A DNA stretch of 63,029 bases, filler included, from Octopus bimaculoides (Eukaryota): the NCBI RefSeq assembly GCF_001194135.2. It is 5 parts of 5 records of this genome, joined end to end, with 100 filler letters (N's around TTAATTAATTAA, not from the genome) between each part and the next. Parts side by side here need not be neighbours in the genome. Positions count along the whole stretch, not along the records: positions 9,391 to 37,156 come from NC_068985.1; 4 more parts are not named here. The stretch is one strand, 5' to 3'. Below the pieces are notes generated by a model. The model was not told the DNA's origin. It was given only the letters and a program-made list of their open reading frames with translations, and did no database searches. Position 1 is the stretch's first letter; each line of letters begins with the position of its first letter. The translations under genes and the position numbers were made by a program. Below are positions 11,915 to 22,320 of this stretch, piece after piece.

Positions 11915-12490
11915 TCTTTTATTCAGCACACAGGCCATGACACAGAGGGGACAGCACAAGGACAAAACAAAAACAATTAGTGACTGGGGTTATACATTAT
12001 TTAAAAATCGAATATAATGAAATCGGATAAATTTACACAGTACAGTGAAATCGAAATTACACGATGATATATTTTTCGGGTTGGTGGTCGACCCGCCGGT
12101 TTTTTCCTTTTTTTTTTTTTTTTTACTTTTTATAATACCCTTTTTTTCTTCCGTTTTTTTTTTTCCTTCTTTTCCGTTCAGACCGGCTACACTAGCGCAG
12201 TCCAATTCACTCTCAGCTTCCTTATGACATTTGTCCATCTTTTCCCAGACGTTCTTCGAGGCAGGCACCTTTTCTCCAAACTGATCTTTCTGGACAGGTG
12301 GTAGTTAAAAAAACTGACTAACCTGCGTCCAGAGATAAAGCTGCATGTTTCAATTCCTCTTCCACGCGTCATCCATACTGTCTCTTTCAATACGGCGACT
12401 ACGCAGAAAAATGACGCCTCCTTTTCCTTGTTAAAGGAGGGAGACGGCACAATCTTGATGATAGACTCAGTCGATAACCGTACTGCCAAA
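11915..12490 (-). mobile_element. Tx1/L1-like LINE 3' end (ORF2 C-terminus and 3' UTR)
   Basis: VLKETVWMTR.RGIETCSFISGRRLVSFFNYHLSRKISLEKRCL...RW resembles Tx1-type ORF2 C-termini; A-rich 3' UTR ending in AATAAA. Confidence 0.6.
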
Positions 12491-12762
12491 TTCTAGTATT
12501 TATAACTATGCAAAACTAGTCAGAATGATGGACATATTGTTGAGAACAATAGATTTTGTTGGAGGTCTGTGATATCTTTATTCTTCCTATTGGTGAAATA
12601 GAAGATGTTAGAAGGGTCAAGTGGCGAAGACATTATTCTGCTTGGCAAAGGCATCTGGCAAATGTAACTACTGTCATTCACAGAAAAACTATTGTGCTGT
12701 TGAACTGTTAATTGAAATTCGGGTATCGAGGATCGAATCCACGCTATGCCTGCATGATCCAC

Positions 12763-12801
<39 letters not shown>

Positions 12802-13163
12802 NNNNNNNNNNNNNNNNNNNNNNNNNNNNNNNNNNNNNNNNNNNNNNNNNNNNNNNNNNNNNNNNNNNNNNNNNNNNNNNNNNNNNNNNNNNNNNNNNNN
12901 NNNNNNNNNNNNNNNNNNNNNNNNNNNNNNNNNNNNNNNNNNNNNNNNNNNNNNNNNNNNNNNNNNNNNNNNNNNNNNNNNNNNNNNNNNNNNNNNNNNN
13001 NNNNNNNNNTAGAATTAAATTAAATTAAAACAGATGGACACATTAGTATAATTTTACTTATAACCTCCAAGAAGGTAAAGAGATAGACAAAGAATATGCT
13101 GTCTTCACTTCAGCTTAGAAGCTACTGTCCGTCTGTTTTAATTTAATTTAATTCTATGTATTT

Positions 13164-13251
13164 ATGCAGCTGAGGATTGCTCTGCATTTAAATTGATGCA
13201 ACGGTTGCATTGTTCAATTAAATGGAGTCGCTTGAAACGATCGTACTGCAT
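13164..13251 (+). ncRNA. Type I hammerhead ribozyme-like motif with a long hairpin stem II
   Basis: AUGCAG CUGAGGA [57-nt hairpin] GAAAC GAUC GUA CUGCAU. 6-bp stem I, palindromic GAUC loop III, GUA triplet; the base of stem II is a U-U mismatch. Confidence 0.7.
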
Positions 13252-13674
13252 TACCTCTGGATATCCTTGTTGCTTATTTTGATTTTAATCACCTTACTTT
13301 GAAACTGTATGGATAATACCGTACTAAATTCTGGTGCCTCAACTTTAGTACCTAATTCATCAGAATCTAAATATATATATATGTAAGACAAGATATAAAT
13401 AATTGTCATTACATATTTTTTCCTTTATTGGAGTAAATTTGACTTTCAGCTGTTTCCAGTAGTCATTACTGATAGTTCGTTACTGATAGGTTTCTCAATT
13501 AGTCTATTGATTAGCTGATCAATGGGGATATGCATAAAGAAGCTCGCTTCGCAAACAACAGGTTTCGAGTTCACTCCCTCTGCGAGGCATATTGAGCTAG
13601 TGTCTCTAACTATAGCCCCGTACTAAATGATACCTTATAAATGAATTCAGTGAACAGAAACTACGCGCGCGCGC

Positions 13675-13847
13675 GCACATACATACATACATACATACAT
13701 ACACACACATATACATGCATGCATACATACATACATACATACATACACACATACATACATACATACATACATACATACATACATACATACATACACACAT
13801 ACATACATACATACATACATACATACATACATACATACATACATACA
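13675..13847. repeat. (TACA)n microsatellite
   Basis: Direct inspection. Confidence 0.95.
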
Positions 13848-14094
13848 ATGTGTCTTTTAATGGTTTCGTTTTCGTCTAACATGTCTAAAGCAGGCAATTA
13901 TAACATCAAGTAGTAGCAGTTGCTGTTGTTGTTCCGCCGAGGTCGACTTTGCTTTTCATCCTTTCGGGGGTGGGGGTCCATAAATTAAGTACCAGTTGCG
14001 TTTTGGAGTTGATCTAATCGACTGGGCCCCTCCCCAAAAATTTCGGACCTTGTACCTATATTAGAAAAGTTGTTGTTGTTGTTGCTGTTGCTGT

Positions 14095-14126
<32 letters not shown>

Positions 14127-14399
14127 TTGTTCTTGTTCTTGTTGTTTTACTCGCGCTGGTATTACTGACAGTGATGTTGGTGTCGTGAGGCTAGAACCAA
14201 TCACACGGCTCGGCGTGGTGTATTGTGACAGCTGTGTGCTTATCTGTGTGTGTGCGTGTGTGCGTGTGTGTAGGGGCTGGGAACATAGTAATGTTTAAGT
14301 GAACTTACAAATGCGTTTATTACTTCTATTTTATTTACTAATATACACTACGTTTATGTATTTGCTTTGCAAAATTCCTAAAGTTATCTCCCTTACACT

Positions 14400-14900
14400 T
14401 ACTAAGGTAATCAAGACCTACCTCCCTTTATTTCACCAACTAAGAAGCCTTGATAGGAAGGTATTCAGCAAGCTTAGGTTTGCATTTACATGGGCAGATA
14501 CCTAATCAACCATAACTGATTGGTGTCCTCTAGCTATGGGGAAACAACATGGTCGAATGGTCGGCGAACAGGGGTAAATTATCCTAAGTGGAGTAAAAAT
14601 GAAATTCTTTGGTGTAATGAGGAGTCGTTAGACATAAGTGAAATTATAAAAAAAAAAAGTGTTCCTTGTTACGACAGAATTGTTTCTTCTGGCATGAGGA
14701 AGCAGCCAAAAAGTTGCTGCCTTTTGCAACAACCTGTCTTTGCAATCAAGGATTTTCCATTCTAATGAACATAAAAACAAAGCAGAGTAATCGATTGGAC
14801 CTTGAAGACTGTATCCAAATTGGTCTAGCATCAAATGCCCCAATTTTGATGAAACATCATTTCTCCAACATCTGAAGTGAAAAAATTTCTAGAAAAATCC
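14400..14900 (+). mobile_element. hAT (Charlie/Buster, ZBED8/FAM200-like) transposase C-terminal remnant
   Basis: FWHEEAAKKLLPFATTCLCNQGFSILMNIKTKQSNRLDLED matches the hAT dimerisation motif LLPF.TTYLCE.GFS....KTK.RNRL. Confidence 0.85.
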
Positions 14901-15207
14901 TTTTGTTTCATAATGAGGATATTAATTTGTTTTATCGCATTTGTTTTTACTTCTTATATTTATAATTGTATTCTCCATATAAATAGATTCAATAAACCTT
15001 TTGAATTCAAAGAAACTATGATTTTCTTCCTTTCAAATCAAGGAGGTAACGTCCGCGTAACTAAATATATTTTGGGGTAATGCATTTAATATTCTTTCTA
15101 TATCGACCCGCCTATCTTTACATTTACTCCTCCACCCGCTCAAGTTTAAACCGCTTGAGCACTATAAAGTGTATTCTATACGGAGAATACCTGATTCTCA
15201 TTTATGA

Positions 15208-15248
<41 letters not shown>

Positions 15249-15301
15249 GGGGGGGGTGTCAAAGTAACGTTTGTGCCATCTCTTTTCAATAGATTTTTTA
15301 C

Positions 15302-15478
15302 TTTTTTAAACTCGTCAATATCGAAGCTGAGTTGTTGCTGATCGATTCTCGCTTCAGACGCGACGCCGCGGCTGTTCAGTTTGAAATTTTTTATCTCGTG
15401 GTTTTTGGTTTTGCTGACTTGGGTGTCCTTGAAAGTTTTCGATAACTTTTCTTGGGAAAGTAAACCATTCCCTTCCTC
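15302..15478 (-). CDS. Candidate internal coding exon (phase 0-0, 59 codons) of an unidentified minus-strand gene
   Basis: Strong acceptor TTCCTTCTCTTTCTTGTGCGAACAG, open frame EEGNGLLSQEKLSKTFKD...LSFDIDEFKK, donor AAA|GTAAAA at 15301. Confidence 0.5.
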
Positions 15479-15555
15479 CTGTTCGCACAAGAAAGAGAAG
15501 GAAACATTTCGTTGTACAGTTCGTCGCTCAGTTCGTTATACACTTTGGGCGTTAC

Positions 15556-15566
15556 CCTCGCCATGA
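15556..15566 (-). CDS. Candidate 11-nt start-codon microexon (TC ATG GCG AGG; M-A-R)
   Basis: CAG acceptor at 15569-15567, ATGG context, AGG|GTAACG donor. A 77-nt intron joins it in frame to the 15478 exon. Confidence 0.4.
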
Positions 15567-15854
15567 CTGGAAGCCATTGTAAAAGGTATGATAGTTGTCA
15601 TAGAGACTTTAGTCTCTCTATCACCTTTCAACAGCATTTTTAATGAAGAGACATTAGAACAATTAACAATATAATTAAAAGGTTTTTATTTATGATGATA
15701 CTTGGTTATACAATTCCTGTCATTCAGCTTAGCAGCCGCTGATTAAGTTGTAGTTGGTAAATGGAAGGTGAATGTCTTCCTTGATGCCTGCCAGAGAACA
15801 GAGTAAAAGTGCTTCGTGGAGGAGCGAGGTCTTGTCATGTAGAAGGTCTGAGCT

Positions 15855-15990
15855 CAACTCACTGACATAATGAAAGTAACTGCTTAAGTACGAGTTTTAC
15901 TACGCATGCGCAACTCGAGGGGCTTCCGGTGGTGAAGTCCCCTGCGCATGCGCAGAATAGTACTTCCTCAATGGCGGCTATAATTTCGCG
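15855..15990. promoter_or_regulatory. CpG-rich housekeeping-type promoter with NRF1-like and YY1-like motifs
   Basis: ACGCATGCGC near 15903, TGCGCATGCGCA near 15943, AATGGCGGC near 15969, and an Inr-like TCAGT on the minus strand near 15864. Confidence 0.55.
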
Positions 15991-16566
15991 CCACTACACT
16001 ATCATTAAAAAACAAAAAGGATTAACTGAGCAGAAAAACTCCAGCAGAGATGAACGAGGGTATAATTCGCTCTTAGAAGTGGGGAATTTTGGGGTGCGAC
16101 ACCTCCCTTGTTAAGCATGTTCAATTTCGAAGGTGCACACAATCAAAATAAATTGAACCCTCTTTAGTAACAAGAAAGTAACAACACTTACGAACTCACA
16201 AAAATACATCCGTTCGGCAAAACGTTTGATTCGTTATNNNNNNNNNNNNNNNNNNNNNNNNNNNNNNNNNNNNNNNNNNNNNNNNNNNNNNNNNNNNNNN
16301 NNNNNNNNNNNNNNNNNNNNNNNNNNNNNNNNNNNNNNNNNNNNNNNNNNNNNNNNNNNNNNNNNNNNNNNNNNNNNNNNNNNNNNNNNNNNNNNNNNNN
16401 NNNNNNNNNNNNNNNNNNNNNNNNNNNNNNNNNNNNNNNNNNNNNNNNNNNNNNNNNNNNNNNNNNNNNNNNNNNNNNNNNNNNNNNNNNNNNNNNNNNN
16501 NNNNNNNNNNNNNNNNNNNNNNNNNNNNNNNNNNNNNNNNNNNNNNNNNNNNNNNNNNNNNNNNNN

Positions 16567-17480
16567 CAGGAGGATATGTGTCTGTGGTGCAGAGGGGTGT
16601 CGTGAAGTGTTCTTTCTTTTTCTATTTTTTTTTCTGGTGGGGATCTCCTTCCAATCAGAGTTGGTAGCAGTTGAGTCCGCCTCTGAGGTGGGGGTCATCC
16701 TTTGTGTTTTGGTTGTCCCTTACTGAGTTGGCGCTGGTGAAGGTATGGTTTTGAAGTGCACTCTCCCACGTGAGCACCTCTTTAGCTTTTACTGCTGGGG
16801 CTGGACTTGCTGTAGATTTTGCTGGTTCATCCACGCTAAGTCTGGCTTTGGCCTGATCGTCCGGAGCTGAGGCGGCCTGAGTCTTAGTCTGTGCTGTTCT
16901 CGCTGGGATCTGCTATGAGAGGCCTATTACAGAGGATTCCAGTGGGCAGATGACCCTAATATATATGTCGCTTCTGTTCACATTTGTAGCATCTGAGTCT
17001 GCATCCCTCCACCATGACGCGCATCACTGGCCCATCTGGTAGTTTGATCAGGTCTGACGGCGCTTCAAGGTCCTGTTGAGATGCTTGAATAATTAGTTCT
17101 ATACCCCCCCCCCCGTTTTTGTTGGTGGAGTTTGGTGACTTGAAGGATGTTTATGCTTGTTTCTAAGTCCAGCAGGACAGCCCCCACCATCCATACGGCG
17201 TCTTTTTCTAGTGGCACCTCCCCAATTTTTATTTTGCAAGTTCTTCTTCCCAAACAGGTAGGTAGAAGTACTGGTTCAGATGTTTTTAAAGACACTGTGA
17301 AGTGTTCTTTGGCTTCTTCTGAAGCGAATCTAACCTCCACAGGGCCAGATTTTTCACCTCTTGCCACATAGATGGTCCTGCTCCAAATGGATTGTAAGCA
17401 TTTTTCTGTTTGTTCTTTGGCGGCGTGTTCAATTTTTTTTGTCTTGTTTTTTAAAAGAGAATGTTTTATATGTATCATGA
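16567..17480 (-). mobile_element. Tx1/L1-like LINE ORF1 remnant
   Basis: TIYVARGEKSGPVEVRFASEE....SLKTSEPVLLPTCLGRRTCKIKIGEVP...WMVGAVL and the basic C-terminus WKEIPTRKKNRKRK resemble Tx1-type ORF1; frameshifted. Confidence 0.55.
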
Positions 17481-17794
17481 AAATTGTTCGAAAAACAGTT
17501 GTTCGAAATAAACATCATTTGTGTACTTGATTTTTTATTTTATCATTTTTGATTAAATAAAATTTTTAAAAAATAGAATAATTAACATTTCGTATAAATG
17601 TCCTTTTGAATAATTTTCATTCATACAAGTTTCCATTCGAATAACTGCTTTTCGAACAATGTTCACATAATCGTTTTATAAGTTATTGCTTTACGCAGGG
17701 AGGGGTTAGGCTTACATTGGTACCATCTCTTTTTAGTAGGCTTTTGAATTTTTTTCTGTTCTTCTGTGATAAGATTTAACTTTTCTTTGTTGAC

Positions 17795-17900
17795 TGTAGC
17801 CGCCGACACGAAGCCGCGACTCGCTATTCATTGTTTGCGGGTATTTCTCAAGGGAGTGACTGGTAATGGCGGCGTTAGTACTTGAGATATTTTATTTTCC
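17795..17900 (+). promoter_or_regulatory. Second CpG-rich promoter-like segment with an ATGGCGGCG (YY1-like) motif
   Basis: Local CpG cluster (GCCGCCGACACGAAGCCGCG) and TAATGGCGGCG at about 17864-17874; followed by a gap. Confidence 0.3.
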
Positions 17901-18904
17901 TATGCAACAACAGCGTTCTCCTCCTCTCTCTATCTCTCTCTCTNNNNNNNNNNNNNNNNNNNNNNNNNNNNNNNNNNNNNNNNNNNNNNNNNNNNNNNNN
18001 NNNNNNNNNNNNNNNNNNNNNNNNNNNNNNNNNNNNNNNNNNNNNNNNNNNNNNNNNNNNNNNNNNNNNNNNNNNNNNNNNNNNNNNNNNNNNNNNNNNN
18101 NNNNNNNNNNNNNNNNNNNNNNNNNNNNNNNNNNNNNNNNNNNNNNNNNNNNNNNNNNNNNNNNNNNNNNNNNNNNNNNNNNNNNNNNNNNNNNNNNNNN
18201 NNNNNNNNNNNNNNNNNNNNNNNNNNNNNNNNNNNNNNNNNNNNNNNNNNNNNNNNNNNNNNNNNNNNNNNNNNNNNNNNNNNNNNNNNNNNNNNNNNNN
18301 NNNNNNNNNNNNNNNNNNNNNNNNNNNNNNNNNNNNNNNNNNNNNNNNNNNNNNNNNNNNNNNNNNNNNNNNNNNNNNNNNNNNNNNNNNNNNNNTTTTT
18401 TTTTTTTTTTTTTTTTTGAAAATTATCAAATTAGACATCAGTGTGGGAGGAAATTGACTTCGAATCCAACAGATAAAATAATTTTGATGGTTAAACAATA
18501 AAAATATCCAGACAGTAACCTCAATTACAATTGGGTCAAGGTTGAGGAAAAATGTGAAAAAAAAGTATGTCTCTTGACTACATTTCAAACTCTCTCGACT
18601 TCAACACCAACAACAATGCTGACCAATTTTAACTCTCAAAGAAGATGCGACAGTACAAAATGATGATGCAGTACTTGCAATGTGATGGTTTTGAACAGTT
18701 AAAGAGAAAACGAGAAATTAGAAATTACTTATTTTGCCCCACTGGCCCATTTTGCCCAACCCCCACTACACAGCACGTACACACCTACTGTTAAGAGATG
18801 CCGAATTCGATCCCATAAGCTGGCATCTTGGTTGACTCATACCTTGTAAATAATAATGCGTAGATGAATACTGGATTGTACCAATATTTCAAATGCTGCA
18901 GCCT

Positions 18905-21089
18905 TGTAGGGTAGGATTCATGACAGACGAACTGTAGACAGGAACTTCGCTGCGGGGAAGTTGGTCAGCAGCAAAAGGGACTTCCGGTGAGAGAAGACGA
19001 ACAAAAGAATGTCAGCAAGAGGGTTAAACGAATCTGAATGAACTAAACAGAAATAACTGACGACTTAAGCCCTGATGTACATAAAGTAATAAACCTTTGA
19101 TAAATGTATTCTCGTCTCTACTAGTTTGTTTGCGTATAGCTTAATAAAGCTATACGCAACCGATGACCCCCGACGATAGAGCAACAGCTCTCGCTATCGA
19201 AACAAACATGGCAAGCACTGAGGCTACCACAATTCTGGCTGAAGAGGGCTGAACTGTGGTTCGCGCAAGCGGAAGCCCAAATCAATATAAACAACGTAAG
19301 GACCGACGAAACGAAATACTCGTATGTTGTGGCAGTACTAGATGAAGATACGGCAACGAGAGTGCTGGACATTTTAACCCAACCCCTACCAACGCACAAA
19401 TACGCACGTTTACAGTATTCACAGATCATCAACACAGTCGGCAAGGGCAACCCAGTTGCCGACGCACTCTCTCGTGCTCCTACCCGCTCTCACACCTACC
19501 CAGCACCAACAAAGGCAGGCTTGGATTACGAAACTATGGCTGCAACCCAAAAGACAGACGACGAGATCAGAGCCAACCGAACTACCATCACATCACTTTC
19601 TTTGCAGGATATATACACTTTGGCTCTAACGACACAACCCTACTGTGTGACGTATCTTCTGGGAAGCCACGACTGATCGTCCCTTCAGCCTGTCGCAAGA
19701 AAGTTTTCGACGTCATTCACGGACTTTCCCATCCAGGTACTAAAGCCACACGGTGGCTGCTGTCAAGCAAATTTATCTGGCATGGTATGGCCAAGCAAAT
19801 CGGAGACTGAACCAGGAACTGCATCCCCTGTCAACAAAACAAGGTCCATCAACACACCAAAGCACTCCTCGGCAACTATGAACCACCTCAGGCCCGATTC
19901 AATAATGTCAACATTGACCTTGTCGGCCCCTTACCACTTTCACAGGGTTCTCGTATCTACTGACCTTGGTAGACCGCTACACCCGCTGGCCTCTCCGCAG
20001 CACGGAAACACAAGTAGTCAGCCGAGCCTTCATCGCAAACTGGGTCGCCCGTTTCGGTGTCCCAGACAGCATCTCGTCTGCTCGGGGTCCACAATTCACC
20101 TCAAAGCTGAGTGACATGTGTGACCTTTTTGGAATCACACAACAGCCTACCACCCACAGGCCAACGGAATAGTGGAGAGATTTCACCGCCGCCTGAAGGA
20201 ATCCCTAACAACCAGACTTAACGAGCCAAATTGGATCGACCAACTCTCATGAGTGATGCTGGGAATCCACACCACCCCAAAAGAAAATCTCAACACTCCC
20301 TCTGCCGAAATGGTGTACGGTGCCCCTCTTACAGTGCCAGGAGAGTTCCTTCCCAATACGAAGTGAGACCCGGATGTCAAAAGGTATCTCGCTCACCTGA
20401 GAGACAGCGTGGGCCAGTTGCTCCCTGTTTCCATGTAGACACATGGTACACCCAAATCATCCGTACCAAATGACCTCCACATGGCTAACTTTGTGTTCGT
20501 TCGACGTGACACACGACGAAAACCCCTCCAGTCACCCTACGATGGTCCATATCAAGTCATACATCCGGGAAATAAAACATTTCAACTCCTAATTGGCGAA
20601 CAAGACACAGTCTCCATCGATATATTGAAACCGGCCCATCTCGATATTAACAGCCCCGTTCAGGTAGCCCAGTCACCAAATAGGGGGCGCCCTAGGCAGA
20701 TCACACCAAGCCTTGATAAAGAACAGTCACCAAAGAATCGAGTTACCACACGCTTGGGCAGGACAATTAAAACACCTTCCCGTTTCCAACGACAGTCAAC
20801 AGTTCTGGGGTGGGGAGCTATGTAGGGTAGGATTCATGACAGACGAACTGCAGACAGGAACTTCGCGGCGGGCTAGCTACGGGGAAGTTGGACAGCAACA
20901 AAAGGGACTTCCAGTGGGAGAAGAAGAACAAAAGAATGTCAGCAGTGAGCAGTGAGGGTTAAACGAATCTGAATGAACTAAACAGGAATAACTGGCGACT
21001 CAAACCCTGATGTACGTAAAGTAATAAACCTTTGATAAATGTATTCGCGTATCTACTAGTTTATTTGCGTGTAGCTTAATAAAGCTATA
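18905..21089 (+). mobile_element. Ty3/Gypsy LTR retrotransposon, internally deleted (gag N-terminus fused to RNase H end and integrase)
   Basis: LTRs at about 18905-19158 and 20821-21089 (both start TGTAGGGTAGG), PBS-like GATGACCCCCGACG, purine-rich PPT. Gag motif FWLKRAELWFAQAEAQ...TKYSYVVAVLD, GKGNPVADALSR, HHCC (IHGLSHPG...CIPCQ) and integrase IDLVGPLP, FGVPD..S..GPQFTS, ANGIVERFHR. Probable TSD AGCCT/AACCT. Confidence 0.93.
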
Positions 21090-21769
21090 ACCTTGTCTCA
21101 CACACTATGTCGATCTGACACTACCTGAGAATTACGTCAAACATACACCTGTTTGTGGAATGTTCGGCCTCACACACCCTAATTCAGAAGCAGGTGATTA
21201 AGGCGTGTGGCTTAGGGGTTGGCGTGTTGCACTCACTATCGTGAGATCATGGTTTCGATTCCCAGACCAAGCTGTGTGTTGTGTTCATGAGCAAAACACA
21301 TCATTTCACATTGCTCCAATCTACTCAGCGGATTGGCGTACTAGGGAAAGATATTGGTTCAGAAAAATTACCCAAACGAAGGTCTCGCGAGCTACGTTTT
21401 GTATTTAGTGATCGAAAGGATTAATAATACAATCTGTATTGTGAATCCCGACTGGTTGGGATTGATTGTTCAATCACGTCGAAGGATGAATGTAAAAGTT
21501 GATCAAACAACTGAATCCTCATCACCGAACGTCGGAGATCCGTCACGACTAAAGTGGAAACGTAATTCAGTATTCTCAAAACCGCCCTGAAATAGGCGGT
21601 ACTTAAAAACGAAACCCATGGATAATTACCCCGACCTCAAATCCATGCACGAGTTCCCTTCATTTTTTTCTGATGGATTGCTTTGTAAACCCTCGAGTAA
21701 AATTCCTGGATACAGCCTTACTGTATATCTCATTCCCAAAGCTTATTTCTATGGTTGCCAATAATCCTT

Positions 21770-21990
21770 TATACAATAGACACAAAGCCTGGCATTTTTG
21801 GGGAAGGGGTTAGTCGATTACATCGACCCCAGCGCTCAACTGGTATTTATTTCATTGACCTCTCACCCCAGAAATATGAAAGGCAAAGTCGAACTCGGAG
21901 GAATTTGAACTCAGAACGTAAAGCTAGAAAAGATGCCGACTAAACCTTTTTGTCCGGCGTATTAACGAATCTACCAACTCACCGCCTTTG
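21770..21990 (-). mobile_element. SINE family B
   Basis: Reverse complement of the 9955-10190 type. Confidence 0.8.
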
Positions 21991-22224
21991 TCGTTGCGAA
22001 TAATAATTTATAAAATAATCACAAGACCACTGATTTTGATTCAGAGCTTATGGTCGATTAAATGGACACCCTTGGTACATCTTTAATCAACTTCACCCAC
22101 TTCACCCTCGGGATGATGAAGAGTAAAGTTGACCTCGCTAGGATTTGAACTCAGAACATAAAGGGACACAAATAAATACATTAAGATACTTAATCCACTA
22201 TGCCGTTTATGATTTTTCATGTGG

Positions 22225-22320
<96 letters not shown>

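Noticed and set aside
13606-13913. YVCM/HTYI repeat ORFs here and at 38.1, 40.3, 50.8, 55.1 and 60.7 kb
   Set aside because: Microsatellite translations.
11915-17480. Tx1 ORF1 and ORF2 pieces as one collinear element
   Set aside because: The intervening 4 kb is non-LINE (candidate gene, hAT remnant, SINEs), so independent insertions are simpler.
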